From assembly GCA_002189035.1 (NCBI GenBank), contig NEEC01000017.1:558001-622000 (forward strand): a stretch of 64,000 nt of DNA. The letters run 5' to 3'. This DNA is from Utricularia gibba. Lineage: Eukaryota; Plantae; Magnoliophyta. Below, piece by piece: positions 51,191-62,199 of this stretch (positions are counted from its first letter, which is position 1; every line of letters begins with the position of its first letter). The notes beneath the pieces are model-generated. The model was given only the letters and a program-made list of their open reading frames with translations, made no database searches and had not been told where the DNA came from. Made by a program: the position numbers and the translations under genes.

Positions 51191-51748
51191 TCAACCCGAA
51201 CCGCCAATTCCCGCACCGAATCCACTACCTTGTCCGAAACCACCTGTAAGGCCTCCACCTCCACTTCCACCACCGCCGCCTCCTCCTGCACCGATCGCAC
51301 CACCAGCACCGCCGATGCCTACACCTGCACCAAATCCGCTACCTTGCCCGAATCCTCCTCCGGGACCCCACCACCGCTTCCACCCCGCCGCCTCCTCCAG
51401 CACCAAAACCTCCACCGGGACCACCACTACCGATACCACCACCGAATCCGCTACCTTGCCCAAACCCCCTCCGGGGCCTCCACCACCGCTTCCACCGCCG
51501 CCGCCTCCCCCGGCACCGAAATCTCCACCGGGACCACCACTACCTACACCACCACCGAATCCACTGCCCTGTCCGAATCCCCCACCGGGGCCTCCGAATC
51601 CACCTCCACTTCCACCACCACCACCAGCTCCGAAGCCACCTCCTGCCCTTCTCCCCCAGTCAGACTGTGCAAAACAGTTTGCGCTAAAACTCAGCCCCAG
51701 AATTAGAAGGAACCCCAGAGCCGATTGCCATCTCCTCGAGTAACTCAT
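51191..51748 (-). CDS. G14: type A glycine-rich protein; open as 185 aa only because three 1-bp deletions compensate
   Basis: MSYSRRWQSALGFLLILG; the middle reads off-frame (GLGKVADSVVV...GWKRWWG) and then returns to the Gly frame; 558 + 3 = 561 nt like the other A copies. Confidence 0.72.
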   Translation of the reverse strand: MSYSRRWQSALGFLLILGLSFSANCFAQSDWGRRAGGGFGAGGGGGSGGGFGGPGGGFGQGSGFGGGVGSGGPGGDFGAGGGGGGGSGGGGPGGGLGKVADSVVVSVVVVPVEVLVLEEAAGWKRWWGPGGGFGQGSGFGAGVGIGGAGGAIGAGGGGGGGSGGGGLTGGFGQGSGFGAGIGGSG

Positions 51749-53720
51749 TTCTCAGACACCTCACTCCTCTGTTGATGCCGATATGCCTGCCCACGGCAAT
51801 GTATTTATAGTGCACATCCACCATGCAACACATAGCATGTCAACGAGGGAGTCATCGTTGGGTAGATGAGAATTAAATGACACTACACTCTCAAAGTCAA
51901 GCCACTCTTCCTATCCCTCCCATTTCTCATGGAAAAATAAAATGTGAAAGCAGGGAAAAGGAGATGCGATCGACATAAGTTTGCGGTGATTCTTGAACAC
52001 CAATTTGGATTCTTATGGTTCAATTTTTTTGATAAAAACAAATGTCCTATAAGTATAAAATATGCGCATAAATGAAAAAAAAATAGGGAAATATAAAAGA
52101 TTAAAGATAATCACTTTTTAAGCAATATTTTCTCGTCAAACAGCATTCGTATAATCATGTGCAGATACACATATGTATCTTTACTCTTTGCAATATGCAA
52201 AAACGAAGTTAATATTGTATCTGATGATTACATTTTCTCGTATTATCTGAATATCAATATTGGTATGCGCCATTTTGTCATAAAATGTCACATACATAGT
52301 GTAATTCGTCATTAATATTTTGTAATTTGCACACATTAATTCATTAATCATCCATTATTGTTCAGGTCAGAAATCAGTTTTATGAAGATGGCCGATTTTG
52401 GGACTATAAAACCGGCTTATATGTATCCAATTCTCGAGTTGGGGTTTTAGGATGTCAAACGTTATTTCCAATTGATTATATACATATGCAATTACATTAT
52501 ACTTAAATATACTAATACTTTACTATCAAAAGTTGCATGAATTATTTTTGAAACCATATTAAAGAATGGCATAGAGACAATTTATGTTTTTGAAACCGTT
52601 TGGAAGAATGGTGTTCATAGACTCTTATACAAAAATGTCAATGAAAATCAAAATAGTTATAAAATTCATCTCCAATGTTGTACTGTCAGCTATTTTAAAT
52701 CATTGGAATGCGAAACGCTTCATACAAGCTGGATGTTCATCATTGAAATTACAACAAAAAGTGTAATTTATGAATTAATAGTGAATAGGATTGGGAGCAA
52801 ACAATGTGAACTAAACTAGTATGAATTAATCATTTATTCATTAAATACTTTAAGAAAATTGAATATGATAATTTTCATTTCACATTTTATAATTATAATT
52901 AGTTATAACTAGTTATTTTATCAAATTATATAGATAAATAATAGTATGATTAATTCACAAAATATTAATATATTTTTATTATCTCAAAACATCCCCATAA
53001 AATTAGTTACTATTGTTTTCATAAACAGTTTGGCAAAAAATTTTCCATTGTTTTTTAAAATGTTAAAATTAGTTTTCCATAATTAAATCTTAATTTTTAT
53101 GGTTTAATTTAATTTAATTAAACCACCACTCTAAATGGCAGCCGTGCACAATAGTTAACGATGAAATTTATGGTTTGATTATGGTAACTAATTTTGTCAT
53201 CTTGCAAAACAGTGGGGATGTATGGCGTTAATTTAATTTGTAGAACAATTTTTCCATATAATAAAACTATGAAAATTAAACATGTGTAATTTTTAAATAA
53301 TGAGGATCAAATATGCTCAGTATTTAAATAGTACAGATAAATTTAGCTGAATTTACAAAACATTAGTTACTAATTTTGTTCAATACATCAAACTTTGAAA
53401 ATTAATCATGTTTAATACGTCAAACAGTGTGAAACAATTGTTTATTCAGACTAAACATAAACATGTCATTTTAAACAAATAATGAAGATTAATTGTGTCA
53501 TTTTGGTAAACAATTAGGATTTTCGACACCCATGTCCCAATTTGATACACTTTCTCGTTAATTTTTCTATTTGCTCAATTTTGATAGAATAAAGATGATA
53601 AACCATACGCATACCTACTTGAGCATCTTTCACAGCTAAAGTGACTGAAGTTGGCACATCATGTAACACAAACAGAAAATGGCACATCGGAAACTTGAGC
53701 ATCTTCACAACTAAGGTGAA

Positions 53721-53940
53721 TCAATTTGAACACCCGATTCCGGCATCAAATCCACTCACTTGCACAAAGTCCCTATCTCCACCGCCGCCGCCTCCACCGG
53801 CACAGATCGCACCACCAGGACCGCCGATACCTACTCCAGCACGAAACCACTGCCTTGCCCAAATCCCCCACCAGGAAATCCACCTCCACTTCCACCGACG
53901 CCTCCTCCTCCAGCACAAATCGCACCACCAGGACCTCCTT
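53721..53940 (-). pseudogene. G15: decayed, 5'-truncated type B fragment
   Basis: C-terminal B-type sequence (FVQVSGFDAGIGCSN-stop) with indels and substitutions; joined at ~53940 to spacer homologous to 44425 onward. Confidence 0.85.
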
Positions 53941-54720
53941 GTGTTCATCACAATGCATCATCCTCGAAGACCTATACGGGTGCCGAATTCGCTGTCTTCA
54001 AATTAAGGATTCAAAGGGTTGGATAAACACATACGAAATTTAAAAGAAAATTTAATTACATTTGAAAAGATTAATCTCAATCAATTATTAATTATTCATA
54101 ATTTCTTATGTATTTTGTCATATCACTTTAATCTTCCAATATGAAATTGTTTTCTTTAATACTTGTCACTAAATTGAACTAATCATGGTTCATTTAAGGA
54201 TTTTTTTTTGTAATTGTAATTAGTGCTCTGCTAATAAATTAATTTTTATTATCTAAATCTAATTTATTTTCTTATTTTTATATTAAAAAAATAAATCTAT
54301 ATCAGAAAATTAAAGTAATATAATCAACTATATGTAAGATTATAAATCATTAGTAATCAATTGTACCTAATATTTTCAATTATGATTCATGTTATTATTA
54401 TACTTGAACTTTACATATGTTTAACGGAAAGATTGAATCTTTAATTTCAACATGATATTAAAGTATTTGTGTTATAGTATGATTGGGTGGCCAAGATGGT
54501 ACTATGATTTAAGTTTTGGTTAAAAAAAATAGACTCAAAAAATAACAGAAATGACACAAAAACAGGGAGCTAATGGCCTGTGCCAGAGATCCCAAGCACA
54601 TAACAGAATCCATGAAACCAGGGTTGACGAGTTGCCCTCTTCCAATGATTGTGGAGATTTCATTCCTTGATAACATTCTGATTTTCCTACGTCATCTTCC
54701 GGCGTAGCATCAGCTCGTTC

Positions 54721-55387
54721 TGTTGACAACTTGAACGATGTTGATGACTTGAGAAGCAGGAGGACTTTGTAGAATATTTTGGGAAAGCTTGTGAAACGTT
54801 GTTGATGATTTTTCGCATTAATTTCCAGGATGCAAGTGTAGGATCAAAAACTTCAAAGAACACCAAAAATTGCCAAAAAGCAAGAACACGTCTGATCTTG
54901 ATTAATTGTTTTTCTCTTCTTTTACTAACGCAATAAAGAACACACGGCAATTTTAACGTGGAAACCCTTACGGGAAAAACCACGGGTGAATCCTAACCAG
55001 GTCTAAGAAACTTCACTAAAGCAACGTCTGAGTACAAGAGTAATGCAGCTCTGACAATCAGCTTGAATATTCAAGCAAAACTGATACAATACCAGATTCA
55101 TAAAGGAACGAAAAACCTCAAAGAGAATTGGTTATCATCCTCTCTTCGATTCTATCAATATCTTAACATCATAGGGATAATCTGAGTAAGAAGAAAAATT
55201 GCTCCTGCCAATTTTCTTCTGAACTTTCTGGTATGTGCGTCTACTGCCCTAGCCAAAACTGCTTTTTTCTTCCTCTTTCTTTCAGTTATTTTCATAACCG
55301 TCGAAGCACAATCAATGTTCATTCTGATATTGGGCAGAGTCCATTTCAGCTGGATTATTGGGCTGTCTCCAGCCCACAGCAAGAACA
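54721..55387 (-). mobile_element. Probable solo LTR remnant (about 667 bp)
   Basis: Starts TGTTGAC exactly where homology with 45100-45210 stops; carries ACGTGGAAACCC...GGAAAAACCACGG; right end (AAGAACA) is tentative; no TSD. Confidence 0.5.
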
Positions 55388-56108
55388 GGTATTTGTAGTG
55401 AGTAAACTAGCAGTTGTCGTGTCGTTTTGTTTTAACGTGTTTGCAACCAACACAATACCTGCAAAAGTAAATGTGAAATGGTTGCCACAAAGTCAACTTT
55501 TTAAGTCAGTGCCGACGACGAGGACCCTCGTTGACTTCGTCCACCAAAATGACAGTCAACGTGGACCGCACTTGTAAACTTGAAAACTGCATGTTATTGT
55601 ATGAGTCGAAGGTTCTGGTCGGCGGGGGTTTTTTCTGTTTCTGATCATCAAGTTTTTATGGGTACATTGAAAGCGTGCTGATCCACACGTTATAAATTCT
55701 TATCTGAAAACGAAGCTCAAATAATTTTAATATGGGCGCAGAGATGCATGAGGCCTGATTCGGGTGATGGAAGGGTTTTCAAGATCAATGGATGTTTTTT
55801 GTTTATGTTCTGTAAAGAAGACACGACACAGACATATGGTGTGGTGCAATTCATTTACTGTATAGACGACGAAGCTGGTTATTTATTTGATCAAGAAACC
55901 GCATGCAGTCACACCATTGCAATCTGCATCTTAGTTTTGATTTGCTGTGAAAATGGACAGCTTCTTGAACGGGTAGAGCGAACTCACTTCATAATCATCA
56001 TTCTCATTTTATAAAGGGAAGCAAACAAGGGACACATGACGTGCGATACGAAAGCTACAACTATGCGTTCGTAGTGAATGTGCTTTCACTTCGAGCAAAG
56101 CGTATGTT

Positions 56109-56667
56109 TCAGCCCGAACCGCCAATTCCGGCCCCGAATCCACTACCTTGTCCGAAACCACCTGTAAAGCCTCCACCTCCACTTCCACCACCGCCGCCTC
56201 CTCCCGCACCGATCGCACCACCAGCACCGCCGATGCCTACACCTGCACCAAATCCGCTACCTTGTCCAAATCCTCCTCCGGGACCTCCACCACCGCTTCC
56301 ACCGCCGCCGCCTCCTCCGGCACCAATCCCACCACCTGGACCGCCGATCCCTACGCCACCACCGAATCCGCTACCTTGCCCAAACCCTCCTCCGGGACCC
56401 CCACCACCGCTTCCACCGCCGCCGCCTCCCCGGCACCGAAACCTCCACCGGGACCACCACTACCTATACCAGCACCGAATCCGCTGCCCTGTCCGAACCC
56501 CCCACCGGGGCCTCCGAATCCACCTCCACTTCCACCACCACCACCAGCTCCAAAGCCACCTCCTGCCCTTCTTCCCCAATCAGACTGTCCAAAACAGTTT
56601 GCACTCAAACTCAGACCCAGAATTAGAAGGAACCCAGAGCAGATTGCCATCTCCTCGAGTAACCCAT
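56109..56667 (-). CDS. G16: type A glycine-rich protein (186 aa after restoring two 1-bp deletions)
   Basis: ATG 56667; G-run deletions at ~56634 (signal peptide) and ~56428; 559 + 2 = 561 nt. Confidence 0.7.
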
Positions 56668-56793
56668 TTCTCAGACACCACACCTCACTCCTCTGTTGAT
56701 GCCGATATGCCTCCCCACGGCAATGTATTTATAGTGCGCATCTACCATGCAACACATAGCAGGTCAACGAGAGAGTCCTCGCTGGGTTGTTGG

Positions 56794-56803
56794 GCATTAA
56801 ATG
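56794..56803. promoter_or_regulatory. GCATTAAATG site upstream of G16
   Basis: 127 bp from the ATG, same module as G12. Confidence 0.55.
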
Positions 56804-58700
56804 GCACTACACTATCAAAGTCAAGCAACTGTTCCCATCCATTTTTCTCCTATTTCACATGGAAAAATAGAATGTGAAATGTGGACTCACTTCATCTCCC
56901 CAATCATCATATTGCTGAAATACTCTATTTTTTTTTTATCAAGCAAATGGAGTTGTCAAACTTTATACTATCGAAAGCAGGGAAAAGGGAAACGCGATCG
57001 ATATGATTTTGTGGGGATTCATATGCACCAATTATTGTCACTTCTAATTTGCAATAACGCCAATGGCAACTACTTTCAAAGCCGACTTAGAAAGATGGTT
57101 TTTTTAAAAAAAATTCAATAACGGTGTGTTGTTTACAACTCCATTTGAAAATTTTTCCAAATTCCCTACTGGAAGTATTACATGCGTCAGAAAGTATATA
57201 AGTTAGTCATCAGTGTTGATCCTTATAATCGTAAGTTTTTTCTTTAAGGTTTTGACTTCTATATGATTGTGTAATTCGATTCATTTCTCTACAATTCATA
57301 TTTCTGCTTATTTTTTATTTCTTTTTTTTATAAAAATTATATTAAGGATCTTAGAGTAGTGAAGCAGAAAATTTCAAAAATTTGGTTTGAAAGCCCACAA
57401 ACCTCTATCAAAGTTTTGGAAAGTATAACTAGATATGAATATGTAAACTATCACTTAATGAATAGGAGAGTGAGTATATGTTGTTAGTTGGTGATGATAT
57501 TTTTTCATTTGTCTAATGATGTTGCTCAAAATATTTGAATTTTAGAAAATGAGAATATGGTGATAGAAGAATTTCCAACTAAAAATCTGTTACACTCGAA
57601 TAATTATATATAATCTGTAATATAAGATTAGAACTTTTTTGAGTTCTCATTAGTATTAGAAAAAGTACCATGTATTTCATCAAATTATTCAAATTGAACA
57701 ATCAATAGGTTTAGCAAAGCAACAAAAATCTTCTCCGAAAAATATTTTATTCCCCAACGGACCTCAAATAAAAAAAAATCATTTTTTCTTACATAAAAAA
57801 GTATTAAAAATGGTCTCTCTCAAACGGACAACGTCTATTAAGTCATATGAAAATAACTTGGGAAGTTGTCTCCTTGGGGCCGTACCCATGCCCAGTTCAA
57901 ACCAGAGAATCAAAATTTCGTATTCCATGGCAGACAAAAAAAACGACACGAGTGTGACTTTGAGGTGGATACAAATTTGACTGATGCAATCAACTGCCGA
58001 CATGTTCTGCTTTGTCCAAGTTTCATACTTTGGTCAATTGGTGAAGATTAGTTCCCTTCATGTAATCAAACCCCAAATTCTAGGCTGGTGGAACCAATTT
58101 AGACGCAGTGGTTTCTATTTGGAACCAACCCATTCATAGGAATTACAATCCGATCGTTATTAGAGATTAGAAATTTGATTTGATGAGCAAGGTTCTAGCT
58201 TCCTTCTAGTGTGAGGAGTGATTGAAAACAAAGTGCATTTGATTATCTTGGTTGGAAGTAGTGTGAACTGGGTAAGTTATGGGGCCCAACAATTGCCATC
58301 CATGGAAGGTGATCCCACAGCTAGAGAAACACAGGCTCATTCAAGTGATGGAAGGGTTTCCAAGATCAATGGATGTTTTTCTTTTCTGTTCTGTTGAGAA
58401 GGCACGACAGACACAAACGTATGAGTGTGGTGCCATTCATTTACTGTATGCACGAGGAAGCTGGCTAGTTATTTGATCAAGTAACTGCATGCAGTCACAT
58501 CATTGCAAGCAAACTGCATCATAGTTTTGATTTGCTGTGAAAATGGAGAGCCTCTTGAAAGGGGTGAGAGCAAACTCACTTCATAATTATCATTCTCATT
58601 TGTAAGCGGTAGGAAAACATGCGACACATGACGTGCGATACGAAAGCTACAACTATGCGTTCGTAGTGAATGTGCTTTCACTTCGAGCAAAGCGTATGTT

Positions 58701-59260
58701 TCAGCCCGAACCGCCAATTCCGGCCCCGAATCCACTACCTTGTCCGAAACCACCTGTAAAGCCTCCACCTCCACTTCCACCACCGCCGCCTCCTCCCGCA
58801 CCGATCGCACCACCAGCACCGCCGATGCCTACACCTGCACCAAATCCGCTACCTTGTCCAAACCCTCCTCCGGGACCCCCACCACCGCTTCCACCCCACC
58901 GCCTCCTCCGGCACCAAAACCTCCACCGGGACCACCACTACCGATACCACCACCGAATCCGCTACCTTGCCCAAACCCCCCTCCTGGACCCCCACCACCG
59001 CTTCCACCGCCGCCCCCTCCCCCGGCACCGAAACCTCCACCGGGACCACCGCTACCTACACCAGCACCGAATCCGCTGCCCTGTCCGAATCCCCCACCGG
59101 GGCCTCCGAATCCACCTCCACTTCCACCACCACCACCAGCTCCAAAGCCACCTCCTGCCCTTCTCCCCCAATCAGACTGTCCAAAACAGTTTGCACTCAA
59201 ACTCAGCCCCAGAATTAGAAGGAACCCCAGAGCAGATTGCCATCTCGTCGAGTAACCCAT
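58701..59260 (-). CDS. G17: type A glycine-rich protein (186 aa after restoring one 1-bp deletion)
   Basis: MGYSTRWQSALGFLLILG; break in a G run at ~58897; 560 + 1 = 561 nt. Confidence 0.72.
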
Positions 59261-59382
59261 TTCTCAGACACCCCACCTCACTCTGTTGATGCCGATATGC
59301 CTCCCCACGGCAATGTATTTATAGTGCACATCTACCATGCAAACATGACAGGTCAACGAGAGAGTCCTCCCTGGGTAGATGG

Positions 59383-59392
59383 GCATTAAATG
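59383..59392. promoter_or_regulatory. GCATTAAATG site upstream of G17
   Basis: 123 bp from the ATG; GGTCAA at 59351-59356 and AGTCAA near 59408. Confidence 0.55.
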
Positions 59393-60781
59393 ACACTACA
59401 CTCTCAAAGTCAAGCAACTGTTCCCATCCATTTTTCTCCCATTTCACATGGAAAAATAGAATGTGAAATGTGGACTCACTTCATCTCCCCAATCATCATA
59501 CTGCTGAAATACTCTAATTCATTTTTTTTTATCAATCAAATGGAGTTGTCAAATTTTATACTATCGAAAGCATGGAGAAGGAAACGCGACCGACATGATT
59601 TTGTGGGGATTCTTATGCACCATTTTTTCTTTTTTCTTTTTTTTTGCAGATATCTTATATATATAAATATAAGTCATAAAAAAATCTCATCTACCACTTA
59701 ATGAATAGGAGATAGAGTATATGTTGTTTTTTGATGATGATATTGTTGATTTTTCGAAAATGGGAACATGTTGATACAATAAAGTAGTGATAATTTGATA
59801 GCGTGTAGTTATGTATATTATTTTAATTAATGCTTAATAAATTATAATTGAATATATTCTTATTAAAAAAATACTACATTATAAAATAAAAGTAGAATTG
59901 TCAATTATATAAAAGATTATGGTTTACTATTAGTTGATTGAATTTAATCTTTTTTAATATGATTTATATTTTTGTATATTTAAACTTCACGTGTACTAGA
60001 CCGACTCATCGAATCCTTAATTTCAAATTAATATTAGAGTATTTGCCTTGCAGTATAGCTCATGCAGTCAAGATGGATTTGTGCTTGTCTAATTTCTAAT
60101 TAAAAAAAGAACAAGAATATGTATTGGACTTAGAGTGGGTATTAAAATAAATTTAATCGATTTATTACCTGAGTATTATTTACAATTATACAAAAAAACA
60201 AGTATTAACCAAATCAAAGATTAATTCGACTTAAGAGTGGGTATTAGAATGAACACCATCATATCGAAATATGAAAATATAATAATCAATTATATAAAAA
60301 TTATATATCATTAGTAATTAATTAAGTTTAATTTTTTTTAATGTGATCCATATTTCTTGTATATTTGGCTTCATATTTTCTCATTCAATATATCATATCC
60401 TTAATTTCAACAATTCTAACGTATATTTATGCATCAGAATCCCTGTGTTTGTGAACTCAAATCGTGTCAAGTTTGGATCCAATGAATACCAATTACAATA
60501 AATATCTCTCCCCGTAGGGAAGGATCAATGATTTATTACAGATGAAACGCTTTTTTATATGTCGTAGATGGGCACAAATTATGTTTAGTTAATCTCAATA
60601 CTGTTCTATTTTGTGTTGTACGGCAAATGATAGATGAAGTTGCATAAAACTCTTGGGCAATTCTTAGGCGTAGAACAGGCTCATCGTCCATGACTAGGGA
60701 TCATTAACACAAGCAAAATGGCGCATCACAAACATACAGTGTGCATTACATGGTATGACCATCTTTCGCGACTAAAGTGAC

Positions 60782-61363
60782 TCAATTTGAACCCTCGATT
60801 CCGGCACCGAATCCACTGACCTGAACAAATGTGCCTCGGAAGTCACCACCTCCACTTCCACCGCCGCCGCCTCCTCCGGCACCGATCGCACCACCAGGAC
60901 CGCCGATACCTACGCCAGCACCAAACCCACTGCCTTGTCCAAATCCCCCAACAGGAAATCCACCTCCGATTCCACCGCCGCCTCCTCCTCCGGCACCGAT
61001 CGCACCACCAGGACCTCCGCTTCCAACACCTGCACCGAATCCGCTTCCTTGCCCGAACCCCCACCCGAGACCTCCACCTCCACTCCCGCCACCGCCGCCT
61101 CCTCCGGCACCTATTCCTCCTCCTGGACCACCACTACCGATACCACCACCGAATCCGCTGCCCTGGCCGAATCCCCCACCAGGGCCACTGAACACGCCTC
61201 CACTTCCACCAGCAGCAGCAGCTCCAAAGCCGCTTCCTACCCTCCTTGAACCCCATCCGTAACCCCCTCTCCACTCATATTGAGCAGAACAAATCACACT
61301 CCAACTCAGCCCCAGAATTAGAAGCAAACCCAATGCAGAAACCCTTTTCGGTGAGAACCCCAT
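60782..61363 (-). CDS. G18: intact type B secreted glycine-rich protein, 193 aa
   Basis: MGFSPKRVSALGLLLILGLSWSVICSA-QYEWRGGYGWGSRR; open to GIEGSN-stop. Confidence 0.9.
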   Translation of the reverse strand: MGFSPKRVSALGLLLILGLSWSVICSAQYEWRGGYGWGSRRVGSGFGAAAAGGSGGVFSGPGGGFGQGSGFGGGIGSGGPGGGIGAGGGGGGGSGGGGLGWGFGQGSGFGAGVGSGGPGGAIGAGGGGGGGIGGGFPVGGFGQGSGFGAGVGIGGPGGAIGAGGGGGGGSGGGDFRGTFVQVSGFGAGIEGSN

Positions 61364-61509
61364 ATCAAAAGTCACTCACTTCACTCCGCATGTCGATATT
61401 CCTCCAAGCGCCATGTATTTATACTCCACTGGCACACTCGAATGGTCAATGACATGGTACCCGCCGGGAAAGGGCATCCAATGACACCACACCCGCAATG
61501 TCAGACTAA

Positions 61510-62199
61510 GAAAAAATTAGTGAAATACATCTTTATGTATTTTTTATTTGCAAAATACATCCTTTTGTATTGAGTTAGTAAAATACATCATTTTACATTA
61601 ATTGCATCGGTCGACACTCGCCGCTGATCTCCGCCTTGTAATACTGAATCAAATCTCGGAGTTGGCTCACTTTCGTGAAGTAATGCACACCGTAGACTTC
61701 GACTGACGGGTGCCTCTACGGCCCCCAAAGTTGAGAGAACTCCAGAGGAACATTTCGTGGGTCATCCCAAAAACCAATAGATTGCACGGCGGCGGGCGTC
61801 GCCGGAGAACTTCGGCGGTGTACCTCACTTCCGAAGCAGACATACGGCTACTGACAGCGGTGAAATTCTACGACGCATAGTATAAAAGGGCATGGGCAAC
61901 AGATCCAGGAAGCGACGAATCATCTCGTATGACGGACGTCGCAGGTCTGGCTTAAACATAAAGCCTGGCCGAAGAAGATGATAACCTTCAGCACCGCGTG
62001 GTGCTAGGCGGCAATGGTGGGGCCAGATTTCTGGACCGGCGGGTGAATGACGATGAACTTGGCGGACTTCATTCCAAATGCGACGGAGTCAACAGCAATC
62101 GCAGTCGATTTAGTAAAATTATGTATTTTACTAACTTAATACAAGAAGATGTATTTTGCAAACAAAAAATGCAAAAAGATGTATATCACCAACTCAGCC
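61510..62199. mobile_element. Pack-MULE (690 bp) in the G18 proximal promoter
   Basis: About 85-bp imperfect TIRs (TTAGTGAAATACATCTTT...AGTTAGTAAAATACAT versus the reverse complement of 62110-62193); 10-bp TSD GTCAGACTAA at 61500-61509 and 62200-62209; absent at the same site upstream of G11 and G13; GC-rich captured interior. Confidence 0.92.
61602..62072 (-). pseudogene. IRX15-like: Captured 5' fragment of an IRX15/IRX15-like (DUF579) gene
   Basis: Manual translation: MKSAKFIVIHPPVQKSG ... LPGSVAHALLYYAS*NFTAVSSRMSASEVRYTAEVLRRRPPPCNLLVFGMTHEMFLWSSLNFGGR [deletion] HPSVEVYGVHYFTKVSQLRDLIQYYKAEISGECRPMQ. This matches the IRX15 motifs as I recall them (ALLHYAS, PPCNLLVFGLTHETLLW, HPEID..DVQYTTK, ECRPVQ). 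Two in-frame stops. Confidence 0.88.

Noticed and set aside
46826-57121. Identical 77-106 aa ORFs upstream of G12 and G16
   Set aside because: Identity reflects recent duplication of promoter DNA; the frames break in G10, G14 and G17.
6641-59260. Programmed frameshifting or transcriptional slippage as a shared decoding mechanism
   Set aside because: Break sites differ in every copy, three copies need none, and no conserved slippery site or downstream structure is visible.
13419-61262. Long plus-strand Pro-rich (PPPPAPNPLPCP), Thr/Ser-rich and His/Arg-rich ORFs that look like extensins or mucins
   Set aside because: They are antisense frames of the GGN-rich genes. They lack signal peptides and upstream TATA boxes, switch frame exactly where the minus-strand deletions lie, and have no Ser-Pro4 or Tyr-Lys extensin motifs.
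16003-61375. Longer N-termini in the ORF track (MCLE-, MQENL-, MVSLN-, MTFD-, MWCVRNGLLEEMAIC-)
   Set aside because: These come from GTG/TTG starts, starts near or upstream of the TATA box, or frameshift artefacts; the conserved MG(F/Y)S ATG aligns across all paralogs.
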